NCBI GenBank assembly: GCA_026026165.1
Contig: JAPEUD010000004.1
Span: 372,001 to 436,000, forward strand
Length of the DNA stretch: 64,000 bases
Direction: 5' to 3'
Origin: Sarea resinae
Lineage: Eukaryota
Below, piece by piece: positions 12,201 to 25,900 of the stretch (position 1 is its first letter; the number at the start of each line of letters is the position of its first letter). Position numbers and translations under genes: made by a program. The notes beneath the pieces are model-generated. The model had not been told where the DNA came from, did not search any database, and saw only the letters and a program-made list of their open reading frames with translations.

Positions 12201-15200
12201 TTCCTCATGCATCTCGCGTATGACTCGGATTGCAGATCGCAGCACCGAAACCGATTACGTTCGCAAGCCCCCTTTGTGGATCTCACAACCTACGGAGTAG
12301 AGTAGAGCCACGACGGGAGGCTTTCTCGAGTTGTGTGCTCTAGCCAGGGAGTATCCAGTAGTCTGAACAGGTCAGGATGTCACCAACACGAGTGTCAGGC
12401 CTCCTGTCACGAGCAGAAAGACAGACTTCTTCTGATCACGGCCAGGGTCCCCGTCGTCACCTTGCAACGATGCTCGATGGCTTTCCCGTCTCGCCCCCTG
12501 AGGTCAGATCATTCGAGACACACTCCAGACGAACAAGAAGCCGGACAGTAATCTGCGTACTCATGCTCAGCTAATATCGATGGCTCGGATTCGGCCTCGC
12601 GTCTAGTCATCATCGCTCTTCATCACTGCCGTCGTGTTCGATTGAACGCTTGATTGACGATCGACCACGGTGACCTGGCAGTGGAGGGAATGGGAGAATC
12701 GCAAGGATGATCCTAGTGCTGGGCAGCGAACTGTCGCATGGCGGCCCCCAGGCGAAGGAGCAAGCCCTTCAGTCTTAAGCCCCTCGATCATGTACGAGGA
12801 GGGTACGAAGTCCATCGTACATCGTACGGAGAGAGTATCACCGCACATGGTTGCTGACCTGACGGAGGACCGGCCATGTCGCAACATGAGGTATCTCGTA
12901 TGGCACTCAGGGATTTCCCTCTTAGCCGCAGGCAATGATCGGCGACAGCCTTTGTGGACCAGGGGGCCCGACGATAGTAGAGGTATTCCGTAGTAATCAC
13001 GGACATCCATCCATGATGCGTTTGATCGCTTAGAGTCTGCAGCAAGGCAGCAGCGGGTCGCCGACGGGCGGGCTGCAAGGACGATGCGGGCAGCATGCCG
13101 CATGCGAGCGCTGCTTTTCTTTTCTTCTCTTTTCCACCAAACCTTACTCCGGAAGCCATCACAGCAATACCCCGTAGTCGCCTACTATGCAAGTCGGAGG
13201 TGCTACGTACATCGTCATAGGAGATCTATTAGCTTCCCACCAACGGCAACCGCAAGGGCTACGGACGCCACGCCAGACACCATGATCTGGCTTGACAGCA
13301 GCAGCACTCGACCTGGGATCAGTTTATGCATAACATGGGGCGGTCAGGATGAGAATGGGCGTCATGGAGTGGCCAGCAGTGTTGGAATGGCTGAATGGAC
13401 CTACCGGAGTAGACAGATGATTACCTGGTCATGTTCTCGGTGTCGATATGTCGAGATGGTTTCGAGGGACCGCTGATGGAGCAGTACGGAGTAGTTGGGA
13501 ATGCTCTTAGACCAAGGACGCCTATTCGCCGTCAAAAGGCTTGACTGCGCAAGGTACGAAGATACCTAGGTACGGTTGTTGTACGGCATTGGCGGGCACC
13601 ATGTCACGACTCGAGTCATGAAGGTCGAAGTTGGCCGTCGTTCAGACGGGGAGGTCGAGTAATTTCAGGCAGATCCGTCAGGCACGACTCCGTAATGAGG
13701 GTCATCCGCGCCATGCCGACGCAGCTTGATGGTCACTATCGAGGATCTCTGGATGAATTGCCGGGCTGATCATCATGCCGCTGCTAGGGCCGTGGACTAG
13801 GCCCCAAGTGTCATGTCGTCCATATCTTATATGTCCGATCCAGCAAATCCACACAACCTGGGACGAGTGTGCGCAGGACGAAGTATGTGCCACGACAATA
13901 ATACCAGACGGACACTCTATGATAATATGATCCCGAGGAGGTCAAAGCTGACGTCCTGTACGAAGTACGAGTCCTCCCTATTCCCCCCTCCCTACATAGT
14001 GCTCCCTTCTTCCTAGCCCGCCCAGGTGCCAACAGTCCGAAGACAGTAGCAATCGATCTTGCCATGACATTCCCGAGGCTTTCTCTCGGCATCTGCGAGA
14101 CTGCTCTGGCTCGCTCGCTCGCTTGCTGCCGACGCCAGTCTCTGCTGGTCCGGATCGGGAACGATGACGAGACGGTGCTCTTGCGATTTGACCTTCTCTT
14201 ACTCACCAACTACTAATCCTCAGCTAATCGAGCATCCTATGCCACTGGTACCACTTGCACGTGTGCCCAGTGTGCCCAGACCCGGCCTTGGTCCGTATGT
14301 GCCCCGAACCAAAGTCAAGCCATCTTAGAACAAGATGATATCTGGTCCTCCGAGTCTTGCACGGTGGCAGAGGACTCGTAGTTGTAGTACTTCAGGTCGG
14401 TTCGTCGACACCGTGAGTGCATGTCCGGCCTACGGTGTACGCCGTATTCGTACTTGGGAGTATGGCTTCAACTCCAGTGACTGCCAGTCCACCTGGGCGA
14501 TGGGCGATGGGTGACGATCCATCCAGGCCTTGCCAATCCCAAATGTTCGGGATCTGTTGCGTGGTCGATCAGGACCGTCCTCGACTGCCCGATCCACCGA
14601 CTCCCGGACTCCTGACTCCTGACTCCCTCCTCCCTCCTCCTCCTCCCTCCTCCTCCCTGACGCCGGAGCGAGCGTGGGACGGACCCTTCATCCTAACGTC
14701 TTAGCCCTAACCTAGCGTAACAACAGGGAAAGTCACTGCGGAGTGATCGTCCGTATTCGTGCCCTCGCGAAGGGCAAGTCGCCGTCGCCCCCAATAATCT
14801 CCTGGCTGAATAATAACGACCAGGTCGAAACCCTGGCCGCATCTCTCGCCCAGAGGGGAAGGCGGGCTCCACAAACTGCTAAGTGCTGCTGCTCTCTTGC
14901 CTCCAACGTCCGACCTGCGTGTTTCGGGCTCTGATCCCTACGCGCATCGCTTGGCCGGACGGGCCAATCGTGCTCGATTCCCGAACTCCGCTTATCATCA
15001 TTTGCCGTGCCCCAATATGGTCGTGGTCTTGCCTTGCCTGTGCGAGACTGCCCCTCTCATGTTCCCGGTCGCCTTGTGGCCTTCGGTCCCGAGGTCGAGA
15101 GAGCCTGGACGCCATGGGCGCCATGGGCGCCATCGTCCTCGCTCGGCTGGGAAAGGACCCTGACCTGCTCCGGCCGCTGCTCCTGCTGCTGCTCCTGCTG

Positions 15201-15974
15201 CTGCTCCTGCTGCTGCTCCTGCACGCCTCATTCCCCAGTGCCCCGAGTGAGGTGAGCGGCCCCGGGGGCAGAGTCCGAGATCTGCAGAGCGTCCAGGGAG
15301 GGATCGTTTGGTCCCTGTCGTCTATCCGGCATCTTCCCACGGACAGCATCATCAATCCCCCCCCCTCCCCCCCAACCCACATACGGAGTACATACTCATC
15401 GTACTGACACTACAGAGTACTTGCTCGTGCTAGTCCTGCTGCACTACCGTTGCGGCGGATTGGAAGGGACTGCTTCCCTCTTTGGTATCAGATACTAGGG
15501 ATCCGTCCTCTGAACTACGGCCGTCATCGTCGAGCGAGCAGCAAACGGTTCGCTCATACCGTGGCGACTAGGTTTGAGGACCGGGGACTGCGGCCGTTCG
15601 ACCCACCGGCGTTGGTGACAGCTCAAAGAGGAGGGCCTCCTACCCTGGGTCGACCTCGACGCCATCTCGAACCTAAGTACACCACTACCGCGGCCGTTGC
15701 GTGGAGGGGTATCGGTCTCAATAAATACGACGGTCCCCAGAATCGCGAGACGCATACACATGTCCGCAAATACGCCATCCCGCATGATCATATTTGACCA
15801 CGTTTCTGCTCATCTGTTTCATCGCGCCTTGGGTTTTGCATTACCCTCGTCGTCCCCATCATCATCATCTTGAATGCTCTCCTCCGCCCGATATACGCTT
15901 TTGCCTTTCTCATCTCTCTCCCTCTCCAACAGGCTGTAACATCCGAGGACCTCTTTTCAAGCTCTCGCGGCGAA

Positions 15975-17172
15975 ATGAACCTCTCGAGCCTGGTAGATAG
16001 TGGCCCGAGTCAATCAGCACATCAGCCGCCCAGGCCATACGGACTATCGGCAAGCCAGTCGCGAGCGCATCAGCCTCAATATTCCATGGCTTCAGTATAT
16101 TCTTCGAATCCGTACGCGGGCTCGCAGCCCGCGAGCTACATGAGCACCCGTCCACCTCAGCCGCCGCCCTCTCCACCCGTCGAGGACACGAGCAAATGCT
16201 CTCTCCCTTCGATAGCGAGTCTGCTCGGGATTGTAGACAACGGGGCCACGGGCGCCAAAAAAGGTTCGAAAGAGACCTGCCAAAGAATTTCCAGATCCGG
16301 CAGCTGACTTGAAGGTAGAAGAACAGGTTCAAGCCGTGCCAGGCCACCGTCCTCCAGAACCGCAACATTCGAGTCATGTCTCGCAGCAATCGCAGCCATA
16401 CGCCACGCACCAAACCGTCGTGAGCAACCCTAGGGTACATTTACCGCCAAGTCCTCCATTACATCTGGACTCTGGTTTTGACAACGCCAATCAGTCTCCC
16501 TCGGCCACTTCGACACACTCGAATGCGTCAGCACCCGGCTATTACTTTGCCCCAGCCATCAACAACGTCGAGCCGCACAGCCAGCGCCAAATGGCAGCCT
16601 CTTCCATCCCTTCGAAAAGACATTCACATCCGTCACATATGTCGTCGCATCCACCGCCGCCATCAACATCCCCATATTACGCCTCGTCATATACGTCTTC
16701 CCCGGGCCAACAAGTATCCTCGGCAGCAGATTCTTACCTCTCCCCAATGGACACGCCACCGAACCTTCACTCTTCCTCAATATACTACCAGCGTCCTCTG
16801 CCAGCCACTTTCCCTCCGGCCCAAGTCCCGGTTTCCATCACGCCATCTACCACCCCTGGCTCGGCCACTTCGGTCGCGGCCAATGGCGCCAACCCCTGGC
16901 AACATCATCACTATATTTCCCCTTCGTCACAAGCTGCCTTCCCGCAGAGCCAAGACCGCTACATCTGCCAGACGTGCAACAAAGCATTTTCGAGGCCGAG
17001 TTCGCTACGCATACATAGTCATAGCCATACAGGGGAAAAACCGTTCAAGTGTCCCCATCACGGCTGTGGCAAGGCATTTAGTGTCCGGAGCAATATGAAA
17101 AGGCATGAGAGGGGATGTCATACTGGCGGTCATGGTGGCGGCGGTGGGGGAAGCAGTCCGGGGTCCGTCTGA
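15975..17172 (+). CDS. mtfA: C2H2 zinc-finger transcription factor, MtfA-like (development and secondary metabolism regulator)
   Basis: Exon 1 is 15975-16263 (MNLSSLV...PPSPP...[10 protein letters not shown]). Intron 16264-16318. Exon 2 is 16319-17172 and carries WQHHHY and two fingers, [55 protein letters not shown], matching Aspergillus MtfA as recalled. Confidence 0.85.
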
Positions 17173-18118
17173 GACTTGCATTGAATTCAGCGATCTAATG
17201 CGGGTTTTTTCTCTCGTTGATATCCTCTTATGTTTTTCATTCGTTTCTCGCTGTTCTTGCAGATGATGATACCACTGGCGGCGACGGCGGCGGCGTCAAT
17301 GAGGCAGCCGGACATTTTTCTCACTTTATCGTTTGCGCTGGCTTGGCTGGCTTAGCTTGGCTTGGTGCTGGGAATGGGGAAAGGCGAAAGGGGAAAGGAA
17401 AGGAATAGGAAGGAAAGAAAGGGAGGCAGGCGTTGTTGGGTGTTTTCTTCGGGTGGTGATATTGTTCTTTCACCCCAATGGTGTGTCTGTTTGTGCATAC
17501 TACCTAGTCAGAGAGAGAGAAAGAGGACACGAGTGAAGGCATTGTATATATATATATATATATCGGACCAAGCAAGACCTCAATCAGAAAGACCATTTCT
17601 GTGTATGCTCTGGTACACAGTCACTCGATGAGCTAGTCATCAATCAATCAATCAACCATCTTCGAAACATTACTCTATGAGCCAAAAATTACATTGGTTG
17701 ATTACTACATACTACAGACGATTTACTTACTCTGCAAAAAGGCTAGTGCGTGAATGAGTGAATGAGTGAATGAGTGAATGCATGAAAACATGTCAACAGC
17801 ATGGCACGGTGCCGACTCGCCCCTACAACAAGTAAACAAGTAAAATAGAAAAACGAAACCCCCCCTATCTACTGCATACTATATCTGCTCATAGTCGAGT
17901 GTTGGACCCGTCTCCACATACTAGCTGTTTGAAAACCCCCCTCCCCCGCCGCCGCTGTCTAGGTGAGTCCACGTCAGAGTCTGATTCTGTGTCTAGGTGT
18001 GTTGGTGTCGGTGGTTAAGGCCAAGGCAGAGACGGAGGTAGAGGTAGAGGTAGAGGTAGAGGTAGACGTAGACGTAGAGGCTGAGGATTTCCCTTTTAGT
18101 TTCAAGGGTTTTCTCCAG

Positions 18119-18158
<40 letters not shown>

Positions 18159-18325
18159 TTCTCTTTTTCTTTTTCTCTCCTTCTAAAGTCGATGGCTTTG
18201 AGGACAGGATGGTACGTACAAATCATCAAAATTCTTTTGGAGAATGTTTCGGGGCAAGAAAGGGCAGGTGAGAGGGGGGGAGGCAAGATGGGAGAACCGG
18301 AAAACCAGAGAACCGGCAAGCGGGA

Positions 18326-18383
18326 GGGGAAGGGAAGGAAAGGGAAGGGAAGGGAAGGGAAGGGAAGGGAAGGGAAGGGAAGG
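18326..18383 (+). repeat. (GGGAA)n pentanucleotide repeat
   Basis: Read directly from the sequence, in the spacer between the convergent mtfA and Wbp11 genes. Confidence 0.85.
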
Positions 18384-18857
18384 GCGGAGAGGGCACTAGG
18401 GGGGCACCGACGCGGGCTAGGAGAGGAGAAGAGAGGAGAAGAGAGGAGAAGGAGGAGGAGGGGGGTGGTTCTGTTGGTTGATGGATATATCATATCACAT
18501 GCTTCACCGGATTTGGCTTGATGGAGTCATCATTGCGAAAAGCTGGTCCCTGCCTCCCTTTTTTCCCCTTTTCCCCCCACGAGGGGAGAGAGATATATCT
18601 CTTTATCTGTCCTCTGTGTGTCTATGAAATACCCGATGAACAAGAACACCAGAAAGAGAAAGAGGAAACTCCGGATATGCGATCACCGTGACCATGAAGC
18701 GTGAAACCTGACGACAAGGGATAGGAGGGTCCCAGGCACAGACAGACAGACAGAGACACGTCGTATCGTACCATCCTAGTCCTACATACGGCTCTGGTGA
18801 CCTTTGTTCGGGGAGGCGTTCGGATATCGACGGAATCGGTTTGAATGCGTCTGGGAC

Positions 18858-20039
18858 TCAGAGGTCCTCGTCTTCGACCTCCTCGATCTGCACGCTCCGT
18901 AGCTCGCGCTCGAATGCAGCTTGCTCTTCTTCCAGGCTTCGGGGGTTTTGGCTGCTGGTGCTAGTGGTGTCGACGGGTGGTGCGGCAATGATGGCGGATG
19001 GAGTCGGAGCAGAATCGTGGGGACTGGGATTGCTAGCAGCGGCAGCAGCAGCCGCGGCTGAAGGAGAGGAAGAAGCAGTCCGATCGATATCGACACCACC
19101 ACCACCATATCCCTCCTTCTCCAACCTTTCCATCTCTTCAGGCTCCAACAACCGCCCCTCCCCTTTCTTCTGGCCTAGCTTCCTCGCTACAACGGCCGGC
19201 ACGAATTTGCTCACGGCCTCCTTGCGCAGATCGCGCACGACGGGCTTGGCCTCATAGACGGTCTGCGCGACGGGCACCGGTTTGGGCGGTAAGACGTGCG
19301 GCGTGTCGCGATGATGAGGCCCGCCACGGCCTTCTCGGCCCTCGCCCAGGGGCGTGAGATTCGCATTCGCGTTCTGGGCATGCGCGGCGCCGCGCCGGGG
19401 TTGTGGCGGCAGGGGCGGCGGCGTATCGCGCGGCATGGGGATCCGGCGGACGTCCTCGTCGGTTTCGCTTCCGCTGCTTGCGCCGTCTTCGTCGTCTCTC
19501 CTCCGCCGCTTTCCCAGTGCCGATCCACCCCTTCCCCTTCCCTCTCGTCCTCCGCGCTGCTGACCGCCGCCGCCGCCGCCGCCGCCGCCGCCTCGACCGC
19601 CACTGAATTGCGGCGCCTTCTCGCCCAGCGCCTCCCTTGCTTTCCTCACAGCGCGAACATCCCGCTCTAATTCCTCGAGAACCTGCTTGTCGCGCGTGGA
19701 AAGCGGTACACCTGACGCCTCGGCGGCGCGGAGGTCGTCGATCTGGCGCTGAAGCCGCTCGGGGTTGCGGCGGGCGAGTTTTTCATTCCGTCGGCTCTGG
19801 GCCTCGGCTTTGCCTGGTAATTTGTGAGAAGAGGAAAACAGAAGGCCAGATGGATATGAGAGCCGGGATTTAGATAGTGAGGGAGAGGCGGGGTGGTAGA
19901 ATGGAGCGCTGTGATTGATCGTGGGACATCGAAGAGGACGAGGCGCATGCGGGATCATTCACGTACCTTTCTTGAGCGCTTTCTGCTTCTCGAGCTTGCG
20001 CTGCGCTTGCGCTGGATTGACGGACCGTTCTTTGACCAT
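18858..20039 (-). CDS. wbp11: WW-domain-binding protein 11 family splicing factor (Wbp11/Saf1-like)
   Basis: Exon 1 is 20039-19967 (MVKERSVNPAQAQRKLEKQKALKK). Intron 19966-19814 (GTACGT..CAG). Exon 2 reads GKAEAQSRRNEKLARRNPERLQRQI, IPMPRDTPPP, YEAKPVVRDLRKEAVSKFVPAVV. Confidence 0.88.
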
Positions 20040-20300
20040 GGCAGCGGCTGGGTCCTATGCGCCGTCGACGAAACGATCGTTTTCGTGGTTGGGAGTGGTG
20101 GTTTTGGGATGTGAAGCGCGGCGTCGTGAATAAGGATCGATGAAGAGGTCCGTCGGTACGAAGTACCTTACCCCAGTCTCTCGCCTTTTCGACTAGTCCA
20201 GATCTACGGCGCAGTAGGCTACATCTAGCTCAGACATGACTACAGTGATTATTTACACCCCCGTCGAGCTGATCAACAAACCACCAGCTCAACCTCATGG
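20040..20300. promoter_or_regulatory. Short bidirectional promoter region between wbp11 and the La-module gene
   Basis: The two start codons are head-to-head about 260 bp apart. The interval contains GTACGAAGTAC at 20156-20166. Confidence 0.55.
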
Positions 20301-21845
20301 ATGATGTTTACTCCTCGCGCCGTCCTACAGCGCCAACGCCGGCCGGAAAATGCACAGGCTTCTGATCTCCCTCCGAAAAAAAGACGGCGACTAAGTCAGG
20401 AGCTGGAGGTAGATACTACCAATACTACGCCTGCGACAGCTCCCACTTCTGATAGCATCACTTCGCTATCAAGACTAACAGACACAAACAGCCCGCTCGG
20501 AAAAGTAAGCCAGAAGAAAAGCGAGAAGGTCACGAACGAAGAAGAAATTGAGAAGGGAGAGGACAATGGACAAACCACTTTGAATAAAATAGAAGCAGAA
20601 CTCCAGAACAAAGAGACAGTCCATCTCCAGCAACTCATCCACGGCCTCGAGCTCATATTCTCGGACTGGAGCCACGCCGATCCCTCATCGCGCCAGTGGC
20701 TCGAGAACCGAGAAAGAGACATCGATCACGATGGGGGCGGATGTATGTGCCCTCTTCCATCTTGAGCTGTCGATTTCACATCTATCATCGCTATCACTTC
20801 CCCAATGCAACGTTTACGAAGTCGAAGATTTCCAGCGTTGATCACTTGTTCCTATTTTGGTGACTATTGAACCCGTGAAAACCGATCCCATAATCTGTCC
20901 AGCTCATCCCTCACCCGATTCCATACCCTTTCTTCCATCTCTCCGGTCCTCCATCTGACATTCCTGTCTCCACAGACATCCACCTCTCGCCCTTGACGTC
21001 CCATCCCATCTTCTCGCGTACCAAACCACCAGTCACACAATCAAGGCTCCAAAAAGCACTTCAGCAGATTCCCGGCTCTCAGATCCTTGAAGTGAGTCGC
21101 ACGAAGCCGACGTTGACCATCCTTGCCCCCCTGTCCACACTCGGGGCTTTTTCAGCCCTAGGGGTGAACAGCCTCGTGTGTCAATTTAGTAGTCAAAAAG
21201 CATAGATAGATATAACAGACTGATGGAAAACGCTTCTCTCTCTTCCAGCTCAGCAAAGAGGGCCACCACGTCCGTCGAAAAAGCCCACCGGATCCCCCAT
21301 CCCAAAAGCAAACGCAAATCCAACCCGGACAGCAAGTTACGAGCACTCCCACCTCTACCAAAAAGACCAACGAAGCCAACGTCTGGGACGATCAGACGGT
21401 CTACATCGTTAGTCTCGACACTCCTGAACCTCGTCATGTCATGCAATCACTAATCCCAGCCCCCCAAAAGGAACCACACATCCATCACCTGACGCTCAAC
21501 CCGCCCCAACTCTTGCACCACCTCCAGAGTCACTCCCGTCTCCCATCCTCGCTGTATCCGGTCCAAGCCGTCAGATCGTCACAGGCCACTTTTGCTTTTC
21601 TGGTCTTCTCTGCCCCGGTGGACGAGGCTCTCGTTGCCGAGAGTCGACATTGGCCAAGCGATTGGATCATCTTGACCAAGTAGGTCTAACTTGTTGAGCC
21701 TTGAGAAGGTCGTAACTGATGACGGCCATGGAAAAATAGAGCCGAGCATACTCGTCGTACGTTAGAATACAGGGACCTACTTTCTCGGTCGTTTGCCTCA
21801 TCGCCAAATCCACCGTCTTCACCATCTTCAGCGGTGCGAGAATGA
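20301..21845 (+). CDS. La-related RNA-binding protein (divergent La motif plus RRM), LARP7/Pof8-like
   Basis: Five exons join in frame with canonical splice sites: 20301-20742, 20976-21091, 21249-21407, 21471-21679 and 21740-21845. NLS-like PPKKRRR. La-motif pattern LELIFSD..WL..DGGGYIHLSPL..LQKAL..LELSKEGHHVRRK. RRM start WDDQTVYIEP, then FAFLVFS, and terminal helix WIILTKAEHTRRTLEY. Confidence 0.75.
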
Positions 21846-22387
21846 GTGCGGAAGGGGTCTGATCACCAGGACTATTGACAAGACATAAGACCTGCATAGC
21901 CGGATGGCGTATTAGACGATGGTATTGAGAACTCATCCTTTGCGACAAAAAAGTGCCGGGCCCACAGGAGTTTGATGAATTCAGTATCGCTCCTGGGATG
22001 GACCGGCTTTCAGAGGTGCAATATGGTTTCCTTGCAATTATTCCGGCTTTGTAGGGCCCGGATCATAGCCTCCAAGTGAAATGTAGGCAGCACATCAGAG
22101 TTCACACATGTAATGAAAATGGTCTTGCCAATGAAACTTCCTGATGAAAGTCGATTGATTAATCGCTAGCAAACAGAGGTCAAGGTGTACATAAAAAAGC
22201 CAGGATCGCCCATCGACCGTGATACCCGTCAGTCATAAACCCATTGAAAACTCATCGCATAAACCCTAGCATCCATCGTGTCTCGGCTGTCCACACTGAA
22301 GCTCTGTGTTGTCCATTGAGCATCAATACGGCACGTTGTCATCACACAATAAAGGTAGGAAAAATGCATGCTGTGACCTTGCATGAT

Positions 22388-22954
22388 TTACTGCTTGCCT
22401 GTTGAGGAAGGTTAGAGCTTGTCCGTAAGCATTTTGGAAAAATGTGACTTACCAGAGAAACCGAGGGTATCGGCCGCGGAGCCTGCAGCACCAGAGACGG
22501 TGTCTTGAGCGGACTCGAGGTAGCTCTTGGAGTTGTCCTGAGCAGAGTCGGCATTGGAGCGGGTAGAGTCGCCGAGCTTCTGGGAGGTGGACTTCGAATC
22601 GTCTGCCGTGCCAATGGTTAGCTTTGTAAACAGATGATGGCAAAGCACCTTCGAAGAGAAGATACTCGGATGTGGAATGAAAATGCTTGGAACGTACCAG
22701 GCTGAACGGAGCCAGCGACCTTGTCACCGAGACCAGAAACGGATTCCTTGGTTTGGTCGAAAGTGGACTTCTGAGAGTCGGGGGTGACCTTCTCCTTGGC
22801 TTGCTCGCCGAAACCCTTGCGTCTACACGATATGAATAGTCAGTACGGGAAATGTGGGCACAGTGAGGCCGATCGAGCAAGGTAAAAATAAAGGTGAGAT
22901 GAGGTAGGGTGGGGTCAAGCGGACAGATGGAAGAGCATACCCTGCGTCAGTCAT
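22388..22954 (-). CDS. hsp12: Heat shock protein 9/12 (hydrophilin)
   Basis: Four exons, 22954-22941, 22822-22698, 22602-22453 and 22398-22388, give MTDAGRKGFGEQAKEKVTPDSQKSTFDQTKESVSGLGDKVAGSVQPDDSKSTSQKLGD...GKQ*. Confidence 0.92.
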
Positions 22955-25900
22955 GGTGATTGATTGGTAAAGAAGTTGGATCTTTTGAGGTTGAGAGATG
23001 GATTCGATTTCTGATGATGATTGAAGACGAAAGTTGTGGATGTCTGTGAAGGTGGATGATAGTTGTAAGAGAGAAGAGACGGCGTGTGGGCGGAACGTGG
23101 TTTTATACTGTTCGAGGACCCCACGTTTGGCATGAATGGACAGTGTACGCGTTGGCAGGGGAGAAGGTAGCACGCAGTCAAGTCGATAGATGACGAAGGC
23201 TCTTTCCGTCGCAGGTGAAGTGTGTCAGGGCGGGCAGTGACTGCAAGCGGTTGGCAGGATTGGGGAAGTCACGTAGGACCAAAAGCTGGACGAGGGCCAA
23301 GGGAGACATGAAAACAAACAGCGGAGGTACTACTTTGGGTACGCAGTATGCCAACCTTGGGAAGACGCCATGATGGAAGTTGGACGTTTCACCTACTAGG
23401 TAGGTAGCTAGTGCATTCCACTCGGGCAGGCGTGGTCGAGGACTGCCCTGCGGTATGAAGCTTGATCCCTCATCCATCAATGGATGTTCGCCCCAGAGTG
23501 GAGGGTGCAGTACTATGTATGACATGCTTGAGGCCAAGGAAGTCGAGCCCATGATTGCATGTGATGTCTGTCCCTGGCAGCCACAACCCTTGGGCAGCGA
23601 GGGAGATCGCCTTCAAGCGTCCTGGTCCCAAGGTGGCCAAGGGGCCCATCTGCTCATCTCATTCGACCGGGCTTGCTGGGTCTAGACGACCATAGCTTTA
23701 CATACTATGGTAGTAGTATGGTGGCCTGGATGCCATTGTCACTTTCCCCCATTCTCTCGCCATGGCCAATCCGTAGGGTCCCACCTAGGTCCTACCTACC
23801 TAGGACCTAGGTATGACCCCTCCAATCCGAGGGTCTGAGGGCGTCGTAGCTATTGCCCCGCTTCCTTAGGCCCCCGCGCGAAGGGACTGATCTGGAGCAA
23901 CTATCAACGTCATCCTGCGCACCTCCGCCGTCATGCATGTGCCACAGGTGGCTTGAGCCGGGTGAAGATTGGCTCCGAGGTACGTTCCGTCATCAGGAGC
24001 CCAGGACCCATTTGAACTTCGTCCAGGCCAAGTTTCGGAAAGGCGACGCGGCCAATCAATGCCGGTAGAAGCTGGAGCCTGCCTCGACTTGAATGGGAGT
24101 CCGTTTCGATCACGTACGAGACGCCAGAACGTCATCTGCCATCCATCATTGTCGAATCACATGACTCCTCGCCTATCCACCTCGATTGACGCCCGAGAAG
24201 ACAGACGTCACGAGTGCCAGGACGGCGATAAATGCACTGGATCACTCGGTCATAATCCTTGCTCTGATGCAATTGTCCGGATGAGGGCGATGTACAGTCC
24301 TTTTACAGACCATATGCGCTTGTTGCAGCGACCTGATGGTGGTGGATCATCGTCGACATGTCCAAGAGATGTCGTAACCATCCTGCGGGCATCACCGCGT
24401 GTGAGTGCCAAGGTCAGAGACCGGAATGAAAGAAAGGTCCTTGGACGCCATGGCAACTTCCGACGAACTTGTGGCGTTGAGAACAAATTGAACGATTAAA
24501 TGTTTCTGTTTGGAGTAATCTTTGAATTGCTACTTGTATAATCGCTATTTAACATCTGGCCGGGCTAAATTTCCACTTCATCCATGTGGAGAATTGCTAT
24601 TTCGAAGTTTGACTCTCGTACACCATCTGCTTCGTACATCAGAGCTGAGGAGTTTGGAGCGCCTTCGTATCATCAGTTCGATAGACCAATTTCATCTAGG
24701 ATTACATCAGACATGGGTAGAATCTGATGGCCATGATTAAAGGTCCGGCCTGGGAAAGCAGCGGCAGCTGAGTCCAGCTGTCACAAACTAAATTTTCAAA
24801 AGTGGCGTTGAGGCTAAGTTGACCATAGGTGAATGCGCTTAAGGTAAGTCATGCCTCGCTTTGAAGCCCGTCCGCGCTGTAGTTCCGCTCGCAATGTTTA
24901 CCTTCAGCCAGAGTCGACGACTGGCGCAACTCATCATTAGACGTCTATGCCAAAGCTCCTTATCCCAGTAAGCGTTCTAGACCGCCTGCTATGACCCATG
25001 TCCATAGAGACCCTTCTTTAGGGAAGACTGCTTGCATTTTTCTCAGAAGACCATGAAACTTCACGTGAATCAAAAATAGTGGCTAGGTCTTGCTTAGAAA
25101 ATGGATTAGGTACAGCACAAGGCAGCCAAGGGTCCAACGACCCATTTCGCCAGTGGACCAGTCTTAGCCAAATGAACAGTTCACTGGCCCTGTATAAAGC
25201 TTGCAGACCCATAACGTAGCCCTTGCGAATTGGTAGCATTGGTGCATCATAGGGTCATCCAGGGGGTGAGATGTCGTAACTCACGACCTTGTGGCTGATA
25301 GCATCGTTCTCTTTCCCTGACAGTTTGGGACGAACAGCAGTCGAACGTGATCCCTGAGATTAGTGGCCAGAAGATTCATGCCAGATCGATCTCGTGACGA
25401 TCATGATAGGGTTTGCTCTGACAGATCTGTCGATGGTCCGAACGGTCCAAACAGTCGATCCAGGATCCTTGGACCGGACAAATGGACTGTATAGACTAGG
25501 ACGTTTGGGCTGTTTGCGTCGATGGGCGGATGGACTATCAACAGCACTGCTTGCTCATCTCCTGTTATCGACAACGGCATCTGAGATCTAGCACGCATTG
25601 TAAGTGAATTTCATGTATAGAGGCTATATGACATTCGTTCCCGTCAAAACTTGAGAAGCGAAGAAGCAAAAGAGCATGGCATCGGTGCTGAGTGTAATTG
25701 CTGAGCAAAATGAAAATTGATAGGGATAAAAGCCATTGTTTGCTTTATGATCTGTTTTCTTCTGAAGCCGCACCTCCACTCGTATAAGATACCTAATCCG
25801 ACTTTCCAGTCCTGACTTATCGCTGTGGAAAGATATGATCATTCCCTGCAGAACCTGGCGGGAGAGGGGAATAGGGAGTGATACTGGTAATCAGGCGGAG

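Noticed and set aside
8497..15800. Numerous 60-210 aa ORFs upstream of mtfA
   Set aside because: Produced by GC-rich and microsatellite sequence, often from non-ATG starts, with no domains or consistent splice structure.
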